Below, one piece after another: positions 1 to 13,900 of a stretch of DNA of 64,000 nucleotides; positions within the stretch are counted from its first letter, which is position 1; each line of letters starts with the position of its first letter. Under the pieces are notes generated by a model, which saw only the letters and a program-made list of their open reading frames with translations, ran no database searches and was not told where the DNA came from. The stretch spans positions 682,001 through 746,000 of the forward strand of contig CAJFCJ010000014.1 in the NCBI GenBank assembly GCA_904063045.1, written 5' to 3'. The stretch comes from Dimorphilus gyrociliatus (taxonomy: Eukaryota; Animalia; Annelida). The position numbers were made by a program, and so were the translations under genes.

Positions 1-1147
1 TTCCATATAACAAATAGTTTTTCAGCAAAGAATTTTATAAACATTTCAACACAATTGCTCGGGTGGCTAACCTGTTTTTTTGTACACATTTTAAACATAC
101 TATACATAAATATGTACATATATGCTATATATATATATATATCTGAACAGTATATAAGTGCCTACAGCTGTTAAAATTAAAAATCTATAATATATAAATA
201 CTGTATATTATACTTTGTTAATAAAAATAAATACATTTACATAGATATATTAATTAATAAATTAACCACTTCTATAGCTAAACCGTTGATTTCCTCATTT
301 TCTATTACACATTTCCTCTCGTGATAGAACTTTTCCAAAGCATCATAAGAAGACGGTAGAGTAAGAGCGAAGCTAGAAACAAAAATAATTGAGTCTATTA
401 TTTATTCTATTTATAGCAATTATGTGAATTAAAAGAGAAGAAAAAATAATAAGAAGACAGGGAAAAGAGACAGAGAGAGCGAGGGAGAAAGAAATTAAAG
501 ACATATACCTTTACCTCTTTCTCTCATGTATATACAATATAATACATAGTTTATATATTCATTTAAATGGATGATTTGTACAGTAAACACTAGAATTCAG
601 GACAACTGATAAACATACCTAACTTGCTCGGTTAGAAATGGTAAATGTTCGTATAGTGAATTGTAATTTGCTGATAGGATTCCAACGCTTTTCATTCTAG
701 CACCACGTTCCAGTTCATTAGACACAGATAACTTTTCAAAACAGGCTAAGCCGAAAAAATTACCGTGTCGAAAGTAAACAAAGTCTGTCTTTAGGGTATG
801 AGCTCCGCTACACAATGCTTTAAATTCGATGCCTTTCAAATCAATATCATTAGGTTCTTGCCATTCTATAATGTTCCCTTTATTTATAAGAAGGTATCTA
901 TTAAATGGACAATATTCTTGTGTTCATTTATTGAATACAGACCGGCTTTTGTATCGAATGCAACAACAAATACGCAAACTATTCCACTGCTGCTTATTGA
1001 TGCTTTGTTGTGTATTAATTTATTTTTCGATAAACACTTCAGGACTTTATCATCTTCGAATAAACTCCTTAATTCTTCGCCATTCTCTAATATTTCACAA
1101 TTTTCGATAGGATCATTCAATAATGGTTCATTCTCTTCGGCAGCCAT
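1..1147 (-). CDS. DENND11: DENN domain protein 11 (LCHN/KIAA1147) ortholog, 5' part; runs off the window start
   Basis: Exons 1147-943, 877-619, 372-~267, 71-<1 splice in frame: [12 protein letters not shown]|[19 protein letters not shown]...[35 protein letters not shown]...|[23 protein letters not shown]. This closely follows the LCHN motifs [20 protein letters not shown] and HP..C...FIKFF. Confidence 0.92.
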
Positions 1148-1231
1148 ACTTTTACGCGCATGCGCAAGAGAGTTTTGGCGCCAAAACCGAAAATACAAAA
1201 AAATAAACAATATTCATCATTTATACTTTAT
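1148..1231 (-). promoter_or_regulatory. 84-bp intergenic spacer holding the upstream gene's poly(A) signal and NRF1-like and E2F-like palindromes
   Basis: CGCGCATGCGCA at 1155-1166 (NRF1 consensus); perfect palindrome TTTTGGCGCCAAAA at 1173-1186 (E2F TTTGGCGC on both strands); AATAAA on - at 1232-1227, overlapping the HSD stop codon. Confidence 0.6.
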
Positions 1232-2347
1232 TTATCGTATACTGTCAGCATAGTATTTACCAGAACGTCTTAAACTTTCTTCAAATGTATACAAAGGTTT
1301 ATAACCAAGGACTTTTTGGGCTTTTCTGTCGGTGAATGTTAGCACTCTGCTAATTGCTTTTAACATATTAGGTGATGGGGTAAGATTAATTCGGACGAAA
1401 GGTGAAAAACACAATGTAATTAATTGCAAAAATAAAGTGAAAACATACAAAATTCCCATAGGAATTTGAAAGGGGCAAATTCGAAGCGACATCTCGCGAA
1501 TGAAGTGCTGAAAGAAGCGATTAGTGTTTGAAAGCGGCGTATCGTCCAAGACAAAGTACGCCTCCCCTGCGGCTTTTTCGCCGTCCTTATCAAGACTCTG
1601 GTGGGCAACCAGGTGGGCCCAGGCCGCATTTCCTACATATGTATACTGGCACTTGCTCTCTTCTGGCACTGAGGGCTGGACAACGTAACCCAAAACGGGC
1701 TTAATTGCCTGTGGTATGACCTGATAATCGCCCTCACCGTACATAGGGGTAAGCCTGAGGGAAAGAGTCCTTAAAGATTTGTCATTGGCATTTAAGACGA
1801 GTCTTTCCGCTTCACTTTTTGTGTGTCCATAACCAGGGAAGATAAAAGACGATGGTGGTGTTGGCAAAGATTCGTCTCCGTCTACGATGTCGCCTCCATC
1901 ATGTAGTACAACGTTAATGGAACTTGTATAAATTAGTTTTTTCACTCCAGCCTCTTTGCAAGCGTTGATAACATTTTTCGTGCCCTCGATATTCACGCCA
2001 CGCATAGCTATCGAGCAAAGTCCGAACAAAGTACATTATTTTTTTTATGACAAGTATTTGGAAAACGATTAATTACCTTCATAATCCGGACTCGTTCCGT
2101 AACTAATGACGCTAGCCAAGTGGAAGACAACATCAGCTCCCTGGACGGCTGTTCTTACATCAATGAAACTACATACTGAACCGACAATTATTTCCATACG
2201 AAGTCGTTCGTCGTAATCTAGCCGTTTGCGGAACGGTTTCAGATCAAAAGCTCGAATAACATCATCCTCAGCGGTCCATCTACTATGCAGTAGCTCAAGA
2301 ACGTGCTGACCGAGAAAGCCACTAGCTCCTATTACAACAACGAGCAT
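1232..2347 (-). CDS. 3-beta-hydroxysteroid dehydrogenase/isomerase-family extended SDR
   Basis: Two exons (2347-2077, 2007-1232; 69-nt intron). Rossmann GASGFLG, VFHLAS, VNIEGTKNVINAC, LIYTSS, catalytic YGHTK (YxxxK), MYGEGD, YVGNAAWAH. Confidence 0.93.
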
Positions 2348-2934
2348 ATCGATCGTGATAGTCTTTGGCCAGCAATATATAGAAATCTTATAGATATATA
2401 TCGAAAGATCTGTATATAAGTATAAATTCATGTATAGGCTTAATTATCATTATTTTTCGTCTTTTGCACACTACACGTGTATTAAAAAAAAAAAAAACAA
2501 ATAAACAATGCGTGCAAAGCACCAAATTTTTATCCATATATATATAGTATATTATATATATATTATATATATCATATATATATACATATATATGTATAAT
2601 TCTCTTAAAAACGCCATGTAAAGTAAAACGCACGCACACTAAAACACGTACAGTTCTTAAAACGTCTATTACAAAGTTAACAGCTAACATTTTAATTTCT
2701 TAAGCCTTAAGTAAAACGTTAAAGCGGCACAGTTCAATTGTTTTTTTTTTTTTACACGATACATAACATAACATTTACATTTCTGGTTTTTTTTTTGTTT
2801 ATATGTTTGTTTTTGCTTTTTTTAGTAGAAAATAAAAAAAACTGTACCATGCAGATAATTAAAAGAATTTTTTTGGTTATACAAAAAAAAATTGTATATA
2901 ACTATATATATACATAAAATATACATACTAACAC

Positions 2935-2960
2935 ATATATATATATATATATATATATAT
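2935..2960. repeat. (AT)n microsatellite
   Basis: Uninterrupted AT run in the 3' region of PBX. Confidence 0.9.
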
Positions 2961-3135
2961 TAATGTATATATGAGTTAAATTGGCAACGACGCTCCGTAT
3001 TCTTCTTTTTTTCGATGATCATGCAAGAAAAAAAATAAATGACAAAAAAAAATAATAAAACAAAACATAAGAGAAATAAAACAAAGGTGAGATTTTGATT
3101 GTTCGCTGCAATACGGCAGAGAAGGTAAAGTTTTT

Positions 3136-5417
<2,282 letters not shown>

Positions 5418-6198
5418 CTACTACACAAAATGGCGGTCAATATTAAGGCGATATCCAATCACCGTTCAGTTTACATCGGTCGTTAATCATCATACATGCG
5501 CTAGCGCCATCTGAAGATCAAAATTATAGACATTGAGGTGCTCTTTAGGCCTAAGATTTCCTTTAAACAAAAACCATGAAATTTAATCTTCTTTTCAATA
5601 ATAAAATTTCTGGGAAAGCAGATGTCTTTACGGTCACAGCTGACCAGTTAAGACCTTATTTAAGCAGATTTTAATCAAATCTATACATCAAGCTAACAGC
5701 ACTATCCTGTAATCTGACCCGATACCCGCTTTGCGGTATTGCTGATTCCTACCGAACGATTTATACGCCTAGTGAGGGCATAAAATTATGTTTAAAATTC
5801 CTATGGGGATTGCGTGACAAAATCAATATGCTAAAAATGAAAAAGAATATCAAATAAGATAATTAGAATGAAAAAGGAGCAAGAAATCCTAGCAAATATT
5901 AATAATACAAAAGGATCTCTTTTTCCTTCTTATTCCCTATTCCGTAACTGTTTGTATAAACCATATATATGCTAAATTGTTTTTATGCTTCTTAATACAT
6001 TATTTTTTATTGAAAACATTTGGCAATATTGAAAACCTCTGTTGTTCATTTAAGCCTATAGTATGTTCTTTTCTATTTTTGTTTTTGGTCAAGTCGAAAG
6101 ATGGCGCTTTTTTATATTTATAGAATATTTAAATTTAAGTGAACTTTTAAAATTTCAAAATATATCTGTAAAACACTTTCAAAAATAAAAACAAAAAC

Positions 6199-6585
6199 AT
6201 GGTTAGAGGAGACACTATCCAGAAGCTGCATAGCTTTTCTCATAGTAGTTCTACCTCTAAACTCAATAAAAATGGTGAAAGATTAAACATTGATAGGAAT
6301 TTACTATCAAGTTCTAGCGATGCTGATAAACTGCAAAAAATCTGGAAACTAGGACAAAAGAGTCCGATACCTCTACAGTACAAAGCCACTTGGACAAGTG
6401 AATCTGATTTAACTTCACCTTTTAATGAAAGATACCCTAGAAGGTGCTCTTCAACTGATTCATCACTCCTTTATTCGCCTAATCCCAGCGAATCGGATAG
6501 CAACTCTATAGACACATTTTTTGTTCAGAGTACGACAATGCTTGAAACTATAGAAGAAGAAGGAGAGGATAAATCACATTTTTAG
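6199..6585 (+). CDS. Uncharacterised 128-aa Ser-rich single-exon protein
   Basis: Good start context (aaaaacATGg), 128 open codons in very AT-rich DNA, protein-like low-complexity composition (RRCSSTDS, LETIEEE). No family recognised. Confidence 0.55.
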   Translation: MVRGDTIQKLHSFSHSSSTSKLNKNGERLNIDRNLLSSSSDADKLQKIWKLGQKSPIPLQYKATWTSESDLTSPFNERYPRRCSSTDSSLLYSPNPSESDSNSIDTFFVQSTTMLETIEEEGEDKSHF

Positions 6586-6763
6586 ATTAAGGATGGTCAG
6601 TCTAACGAGTATTCTTGAGTTTCTTCGTATATAAATTTATTTAAAATCAGTTTATCTATTAATTATCATTAATTTTCCATACACTAAAAGCATAAAGCAA
6701 AGCTTATAAAATCTGTAGTTAATATTAAATATTTGAAAAAGGAAATATTCCATGCAGTTGCTC

Positions 6764-7234
6764 TCATACAGTTCCTACTTTTTGCTTAAATTTTTCAACT
6801 TCCCGTAGAACAACTTCTTCTACTTGTTTTTTATTGGCTTTTGGATTTTCTTGTATGAACTTAGCAATTTCCAAATAGCATTCCGTCTGTAAATTGATAA
6901 TATATTAACGAACAGTTGAATTAGAAACAGAATATGTAATTTCGCATACTCTATAGGTTTCGATCGTGTCTTGCTTCGAAATTCTTTTGTAAACTTCATA
7001 ACCTATTCTTGCTTTAGTTGTTATTTCAGCTAGCCATTTTCCATCGTCTCCTTTTTGCATCCACATAAGAGTACCTATCTGAATGACGCATACATTCCCA
7101 TTTATAAATTCTTGTATATTTTCTTTAAATTCGAATAATTTGAACGTTTAAACCATGGATCTTACCTGCTGTAGAAGATCTGGCGTTGATATGCGCCATT
7201 CATCAGAGTTAAATAAGGAGCTGGCAATGGACAT
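6764..7234 (-). CDS. Uncharacterised 106-aa helical protein, three exons, absent from the ORF track
   Basis: Exons 7234-7166, 7078-6950, 6886-6764, all phase 0, donors GTAAGA/GTATGC and CAG acceptors: MSIASSLFNSDEWRISTPDLLQQ|IGTLMWMQKGDDGKWLAEITTKARIGYEVYKRISKQDTIETYR|TECYLEIAKFIQENPKANKKQVEEVVLREVEKFKQKVGTV*. Confidence 0.8.
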
Positions 7235-7945
7235 TACTATATTATTATTATTATTGTTTAGATGTTACCAAATCTCAGTCAAATATAATACCAAAACAAA
7301 TTACGGTGTCCACAAGATAAAGCTAGTGTTGCCACCTTGCGCCCGGTAACGGAATTAATCACATTGCTAGGGTATATAATTAATTGTTTATTTAAGTCAC
7401 CTTTTGTTATATAAACAAAAGTTATATGAGGTTTTGCGATACAGACCTGTTGCTATATCGTTTTTCAATATTTATAACAGCTTCCGGGTGTGTCTTGTAG
7501 AATATATTATGCAAACTAAAACTATTAAGAGGTCTGCTTTTAGGGTCGAGAACTCTATTTATTCATAAATCTTATGGAAATAAGATAAGGATTTTGTGTT
7601 GGATTAGATAGGGGAAAGTGCGATTATTCTGTATTGTTATTTTTAATTTGTATTTGAATTATGAAAAATTCTCAAACAACAGGAACACGAATTACACAAC
7701 AGTAGCTTACTTATAAAAAGTGGCATAAATAAAAGATCTTGTTCTATTTGTTTAAGATCTTTTTTCGGTAGTAGAATGATTCTACCAACAATATAACGAT
7801 TATAAGAAAGAACATAAAAAGGAATATTAAAATTCATTTCCATTTGAGTAGAAAGAAAATAATAGTTCATGTTTTTCCTTGAGCTCTGTTAACATTTGCG
7901 TACATCTCACTAAGAAGATCGGTTAAACAAAAAAAGTTTTGGTTT

Positions 7946-9420
7946 TTAGTTTTCTGGCAATAGTTCAGAATCAAAAGTATCAGACCGGCTTAAATAGTCT
8001 GAGGAAGACGAGTCTTCATTTAACCTCGCTGATTCAGGCATCGATTTAGACGTTCTCATTTGATTGCATTCTCTCGTATTCTTCTCGAAATAACTCATAT
8101 ACTTGGCCGGTAAGCGTCTGGCTGTTGGCGGTTTGGGTCGTCTGGGCTGTGTTGATTAGTTGTTATTCAGATAAATAGATGTGGGATAGGGAAAATAAAA
8201 TTAAAATTACCGCTTTTAAAAGTGTATGCTGTTGAAGTACTGAGAGCTCCTCTTCGTCAACGCTATGCACGCCCTCATCCTCCTCTGACTCATTTTTCAT
8301 CTTTTCGTACAACTCCCTCTGAAATCAGCCCTAGATTAGTCTGATTTAGATTGTTTGTCGAGCGAATAGACTTTGCCAAAATTGCACTTAATCATTTTCA
8401 TAAAGGCAGTTAACCGTAAATTTTTGCGTAGGAGCTAGTGGATACAATATAACGTTTCTAATATTCCTCGCAGTACATACCTTCTTGTCTGCAGGTTGAA
8501 TTAGGTCGGATGTCTTAAGTAGCACCACTTGTTTTTCGTTACTGTAGAATATTTAAAAATCGATTAACCAATAGTATAATATTTTGAATTGATTTAGGAG
8601 GAATAAGTCGCTTGTCTTAATGACTCATGGCTGGTGCAAAAATAAGTATCTGAATTATTTCACGCTTATAAATATAACCTAAAATGTTAACTATGCTGCA
8701 TATGCCTTAAATAATCAATAAATATCAAACCTTAAACTTTAACATAGGGATTAATACATAAATAATATGTATAGTGTAAGTACATATGTACGTTCTGCAT
8801 ATATTGTATATTGAGTCAATAAAGAATGCTTATATATCATAGATATTTATATAAATATAAAATATACTTTATGTTTTTGTATCTTAGCGAAATGATATAG
8901 CTTATACATATTTTTCTATTTTTATACAAAAGTAAGCCTACGGCTAAGTTTTACATAAAACTTTGGCATTATCAGCCTGTTTTCACAATGACGACCTTAG
9001 CCTGATTGTATAAACTTACGCCAGAGGAAATGAATTATCAGTTCTTTTTAAGTGTTCGTTATCCGTTAGTTCATTCCCAATTTTTTGCCTGGGTCCTCTT
9101 CTATTCAACTTCCAACAGATGCATGCTATTATTATAGAAATAAGGACAATCATTCCTCCCAACGATGCACCAATAATGAAACCGAAAGATGAAATAAAAT
9201 CAGGATAGTTTTGCGTTAGCACTTCGTAATCAGTTGAAGGCGAGGTAGAAGAAATCATTGTCAATGTGTCTCCTTTAGTCGGAGTCGATGCTGTTGAGTA
9301 ATTTGCTTCCGGTGAGGTTGTTGAATTCTGAGTAGAATTCGACGTTGCGTTCGATTCAACGTCTAAAAAACTGAGGAATATGACTGTTAAACTGATTAGC
9401 GTCCGATAAGGCGATGGCAT
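7946..9420 (-). CDS. Type I single-pass membrane protein with short Ser/Thr-rich glycosylated ectodomain, ~256 aa
   Basis: Exons 9420-9020, 8541-8481, 8318-8211, 8146-7946 join in frame (phases 2,0,0). Signal-like N-terminus, sequons NAT/NST/NST/NYS, TM FGFIIGASLGGMIVLISIIIACICW followed by KLNRR, long cytoplasmic tail. Confidence 0.8.
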
Positions 9421-10984
9421 GCTGAAAAATATCCAATTTATTTCTTTCAAATTCTTGCCGGCTATCTTGTCCGTTTGAAAAGAAAACAAAAATGGAGGAA
9501 TGGAACGGCGGGAATTTTTTTCGGAAGATTTCCACAACAATAGAATGTTCTCTCTCGTCTGTTCTATTATTATTTTATATAAATAACCCAAATGCAAGTG
9601 TTCTTGCAATCGTTTTATTATTTTCGTTGATAGCGCATTGCGTACACTATTTCGTCTGCTCGTCGAATTTTTGAGATGTGACTAAAGCGACACCTGGTCA
9701 TCGATCGAACGTTGCTGGATTTTGCCGACGATGGATAGGCGATAGAATAAATGAACTCCTCTCCTTACCCTCCACGTTCTCTCTCCGACACGCTCTCTAT
9801 ATTTTTTATTGATTTTGTCTAACGAAACACCGGAAAGAGTGTGAGAATGAGTGAGAGAGTGAATTAGGCAGAGACGATGGCGGTGGGGGAGCGAGGTGTG
9901 AGGTAGGGGATGATATAGAGTATGAGAAAATGGAACAAAAATAATAAATATATATATGCATATTTGTAGATAGACAGAGGGGAACGAAAGAGTGAGCAAG
10001 AGATTGAGAGGGTGGGAGCAAAGGGAGGGTAAGAAAGAAAGAAAGAAAGAAAGAAAAAGAAATAAAGAGGGAGACAGATTGAAAGAGAAAGAGACAAGGG
10101 AGGAATTAATTTTCATTATTTCATCTTAATTTATAAAGGATTGCTAACGACAACTTGCGCTTTCGAAACTATTATATTCTAGATAAATTGATAAGATAGG
10201 AGAAAATAGTTGTTTAATAGCCTATAGACTGGTTATTTATTTAGTTAAGCAAATTTAGTCATAATAAAGTATAATCATCAACGACAAAATACAAATATAT
10301 ACATAGTTTTAATGATAAACTATGTAACCTTTATATTTTATCTATGAAAAAATTGATAAAAAAAATGGTACTTGGTTTGATTGCATTTTACGGTTAATTA
10401 GAAAGCAAGCTTTCCTACTTTTTTTCTGAGGCCTATGAATTAATCATCAAAGCGGCGGCGATCTCCGCTTCTGGCTTCGGTTAATCAGATTAGATGAATA
10501 TTTGCGTATGAGCCTGTTCCCTTTACAATTTAAAGAAGAGGGGGAAAATGTATTATAGGCCTATTTGAAGTTTTTATGAGAAAAAGAGTCGTCTATTGTT
10601 AGTACAAATTGATATAGATTCGTTATCTTGTAGTAAATAAAAGGGCGAAAAATATCAGTAGCGCCACGGACGTGCTTAGCAAACGAATGCGGCTGCAGAG
10701 TTGCAGTCGATAAAAGGTCAATTTCAAGCCATTTGCGTGCCGTTCACGTATTACTCCTGATGTATTATATAGACTTATGGATTGTGATACTGCATACGTA
10801 TTATGTCTATTTATCTTTTGCATTACGTACAATGTTGAATTTGCTTAACTCCCTTTCTAATTAATTATTCATTTATATATATTTCTCCATTAGGAAAGTG
10901 TCGTTAAGAGGGTTAGAAAAAGAATAATAGATCAACATAAACAATTTACACATGTACTATTGTTTCTTCATTTTAGGAAAATAT

Positions 10985-13900
10985 TTAATATATTCTTCTG
11001 CTGTATCTATATTTGCTGGACATTTGCCTGTAAATCATTTTAAAGTTCCTTTGATGTTCTTCTTCTAAATGCTCACCATTGCTTTCCAACTCGTCTTCAT
11101 CTTGATCTGATGCATTATCGACAATAGCATGACTTTCATTATTTGCTCTATAACAATCGGCGTAAACTTTTATAGCTTTTTTATATATTTTCTTGGCAGC
11201 CTTTCCATTTCCCCTCAGTTTTGTCATGGATAGAAGCTGTAGAAAAGTACCCCATCTGTGTTTTATCATACCGCATAGTTGTAGGATGAGAACCAAGGCG
11301 AAAAAGAGCATAAATGCTAAGCCGGCTGGTTGAAATTTATATCCTCCCCAAAGTGTGGGTCTAAGACTAGTATCAGCTTGAAGCATATAATTAAATAGGA
11401 CCCATAAGCCATTTGCCAACCACATACCGAATCCAACTTGGTTCCTTAAATCTAATAGTTCACTACGTACCCTCTCCGATTCTTCTTTAGTGGGATTCAA
11501 CGGCTTTAGATATTTTTCTATTAACTTGGTCCAAAAGATTTCCTCTTCTGTGTTCAACAGTTCCTTTTCGTTTTTACGTACATTGATCCATTTATTTTTC
11601 AAATGACCTGCAACTGGTGTTGCAGTATCATTTTTCTGATTATTCTTACTTGTATCTATATTCGTTTGGTCTTCTTCAACCGCTTCACCAGCTTTAACTA
11701 CTTCAGCTGCTTCACCTTCCTCTGCTTCTAATTTTTCTCGGGAATTCACCAGTCTTGGTAAGTCAGTTAACAAAGATTTCATGTCAGCATGTATGGAACT
11801 TAAAATGCCGATCATTTTACTTTGATTTTCGGCAGTTTTCGAGGTAAATAGTTGATTTATGATATCTTTAATATCATTTAGAACTGATACTCTTGAAAAT
11901 ATGCCAAAGAACTTTTTCTTCGATTGAGTCTTTACATCTTCTGTCCCTGTTTTCACCTCTGGTGTTTTGCTTTCTCTAGTTCCCCAGCTAGTCACATGTA
12001 GATTGCACATGGAGTATATAACGAGTATCAAATATCCAGAGGGTATGGTGAGGAAATATAAGATACCATGCGCTAAACAGTAAACCTCTTGAGGATGAAC
12101 AATGCCAGCAAAGATAAAAGCTACCGCAAACGCAACTATAAAAACTAATGAGGGGTTGATTTCTGACAATCTAGTTGCTGATTGTATAATTGAGACCAGA
12201 ACAATAAGCATAATACTTGTATAGAGAGTAGATAAAAGTCCTCCGATAAGAATTTGTGTGTCGTTCTTACACTTGAAACATACAGCAATATAGAATACTG
12301 CAGGGCCCAAAGCTACTCCATAGCATACCCAAAGGTCCCATTTCGGAAATACGGTCGTAAAAGCTGCTGCAATACTTAATAATATTGTCGAGGGTCCTAA
12401 TATAGTCGATATCATTAAAAAGAACTGGTATAATATGTAGAATGGGCTAATGTTTTGATTATTCGCCCTTACACTTTGAGAATCGGATAAAAGATCAAAA
12501 ATATTAGCCAATGTTGAAGGCATCCAGCGTCTTCTCTGGAGAAAGAATTCCTTGAAACTTTCGGGACAGAAAGTTAATGCATCAGAGGCAGCTGTGTAAT
12601 CTACTCGGAATCCTGCTTGAATAAGCAATGTACAGAGCCATCTATCTTCTCCTTGATCCCACTGAATGTGATGTACTGGTTCTTCGGCTACGGATGCGTA
12701 CTTTCTAAGCACATTGTTAGATAGCAGACTTGATCCTCTAAATAAAGAGAAACAGCCAGGAGAACAAAGAACACTACCTAGAACATGCTCTGTTGACTTT
12801 TGAAACCAATGACCAATAGCATACTCGAATATTTGATACCAGGTCATCGGACCACTTCCAATGGGATGTATACGCCCACAGGCTGCACCAGTTTTTTCAT
12901 TCTTCGTCATTCTATTTACCAGTAATGTAACGGCTTCGGGTTTAAAGTCTACATCTCCGTCTAAAGCCAATATAAAAGTTTGTTCTGCTTCATCTTTTTG
13001 TTCCGCAGTCATTTCACTTGGCAATCTCATATCTCTCCAATTCTGTCTTCCTTTGGACTCTTCATAATCATTTTCCACTCTAGCCGTATCTTCGTCATTT
13101 TTTAATCCACAGATTTTGAAACATAGTAGATAATACATATACATAACTTGCGACCAACGTTTCTTTCGCCTTATTTTATCTCTATCCTTTAAGTGGACAT
13201 AAATCATTGTTTTTCCAATAAGTTTATAAACCAATCGACCTCCGTAAGGTGTTTCAATTCTTTTGGGAGGTTCTAAAGGAACACTCGTCTCACAAACAGA
13301 ATTTTGGGCTTCCTTCATAACATCCATAAGTCTTACCACGTGTTCATTGAAGTCAATTTTTCCATCATCTGTCTTTTTCATGGCATCGTCGAATAATATG
13401 TGAGCTAAATAATGATTAAAATATTAGAAATGATAGAATCTTACTTAAAGCATGTTCTACTGACTTTCAAATTCATAGAAACTACTTTTTGGGTTTGCTT
13501 CCTCTTCTGAAGAAGTTTTCTTAGGCTTAGAAGTCCCTTGTTGATTTTGCCTTCTCTTCTTACATGCTTCCTCTCTTTTTATACTGAGATACTTGTCCAT
13601 CCTAAACACAGATTTCATTATTTGCATCATTTCATTCCTATTTTCGTGCCACATAGTTGCACAAGCATACACTTTTTTCACCCGCTGTCCTGGCTGCTGA
13701 GCTTGTTCTTCATTGAGTTGTGGAAGCTCATCTGTAGCACTCAAAAATCTTCGTCTTTTATTCTGATCTATTCCAGCAAAATGTTCTTCTTCTTCTGCTG
13801 TTGGATTTTTTTCTTTTTCGTTTGCGTTCTTTTTAAGTTTATCTAATTTATGATGATCTTCTCTTCTCTTGTTAAGTATTAGGTTAGAGTTGATTGTAAT

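Noticed and set aside
7643-7870. 75-aa ORF downstream of the type I membrane gene
   Set aside because: AT-rich, no recognisable motif or splice partners; probably 3' UTR.
9682-10116. Three overlapping Leu/Ser/Phe-rich ORFs
   Set aside because: Artefacts of GA/GAAA simple repeats that lack stop codons.
10623-10900. 69-aa ORF or an extra terminal exon of chitin synthase through a GC donor
   Set aside because: The donor is weak (CAG|GCAAAT), the joined frames give only short uninformative tails, and the synthase already has an in-frame stop.
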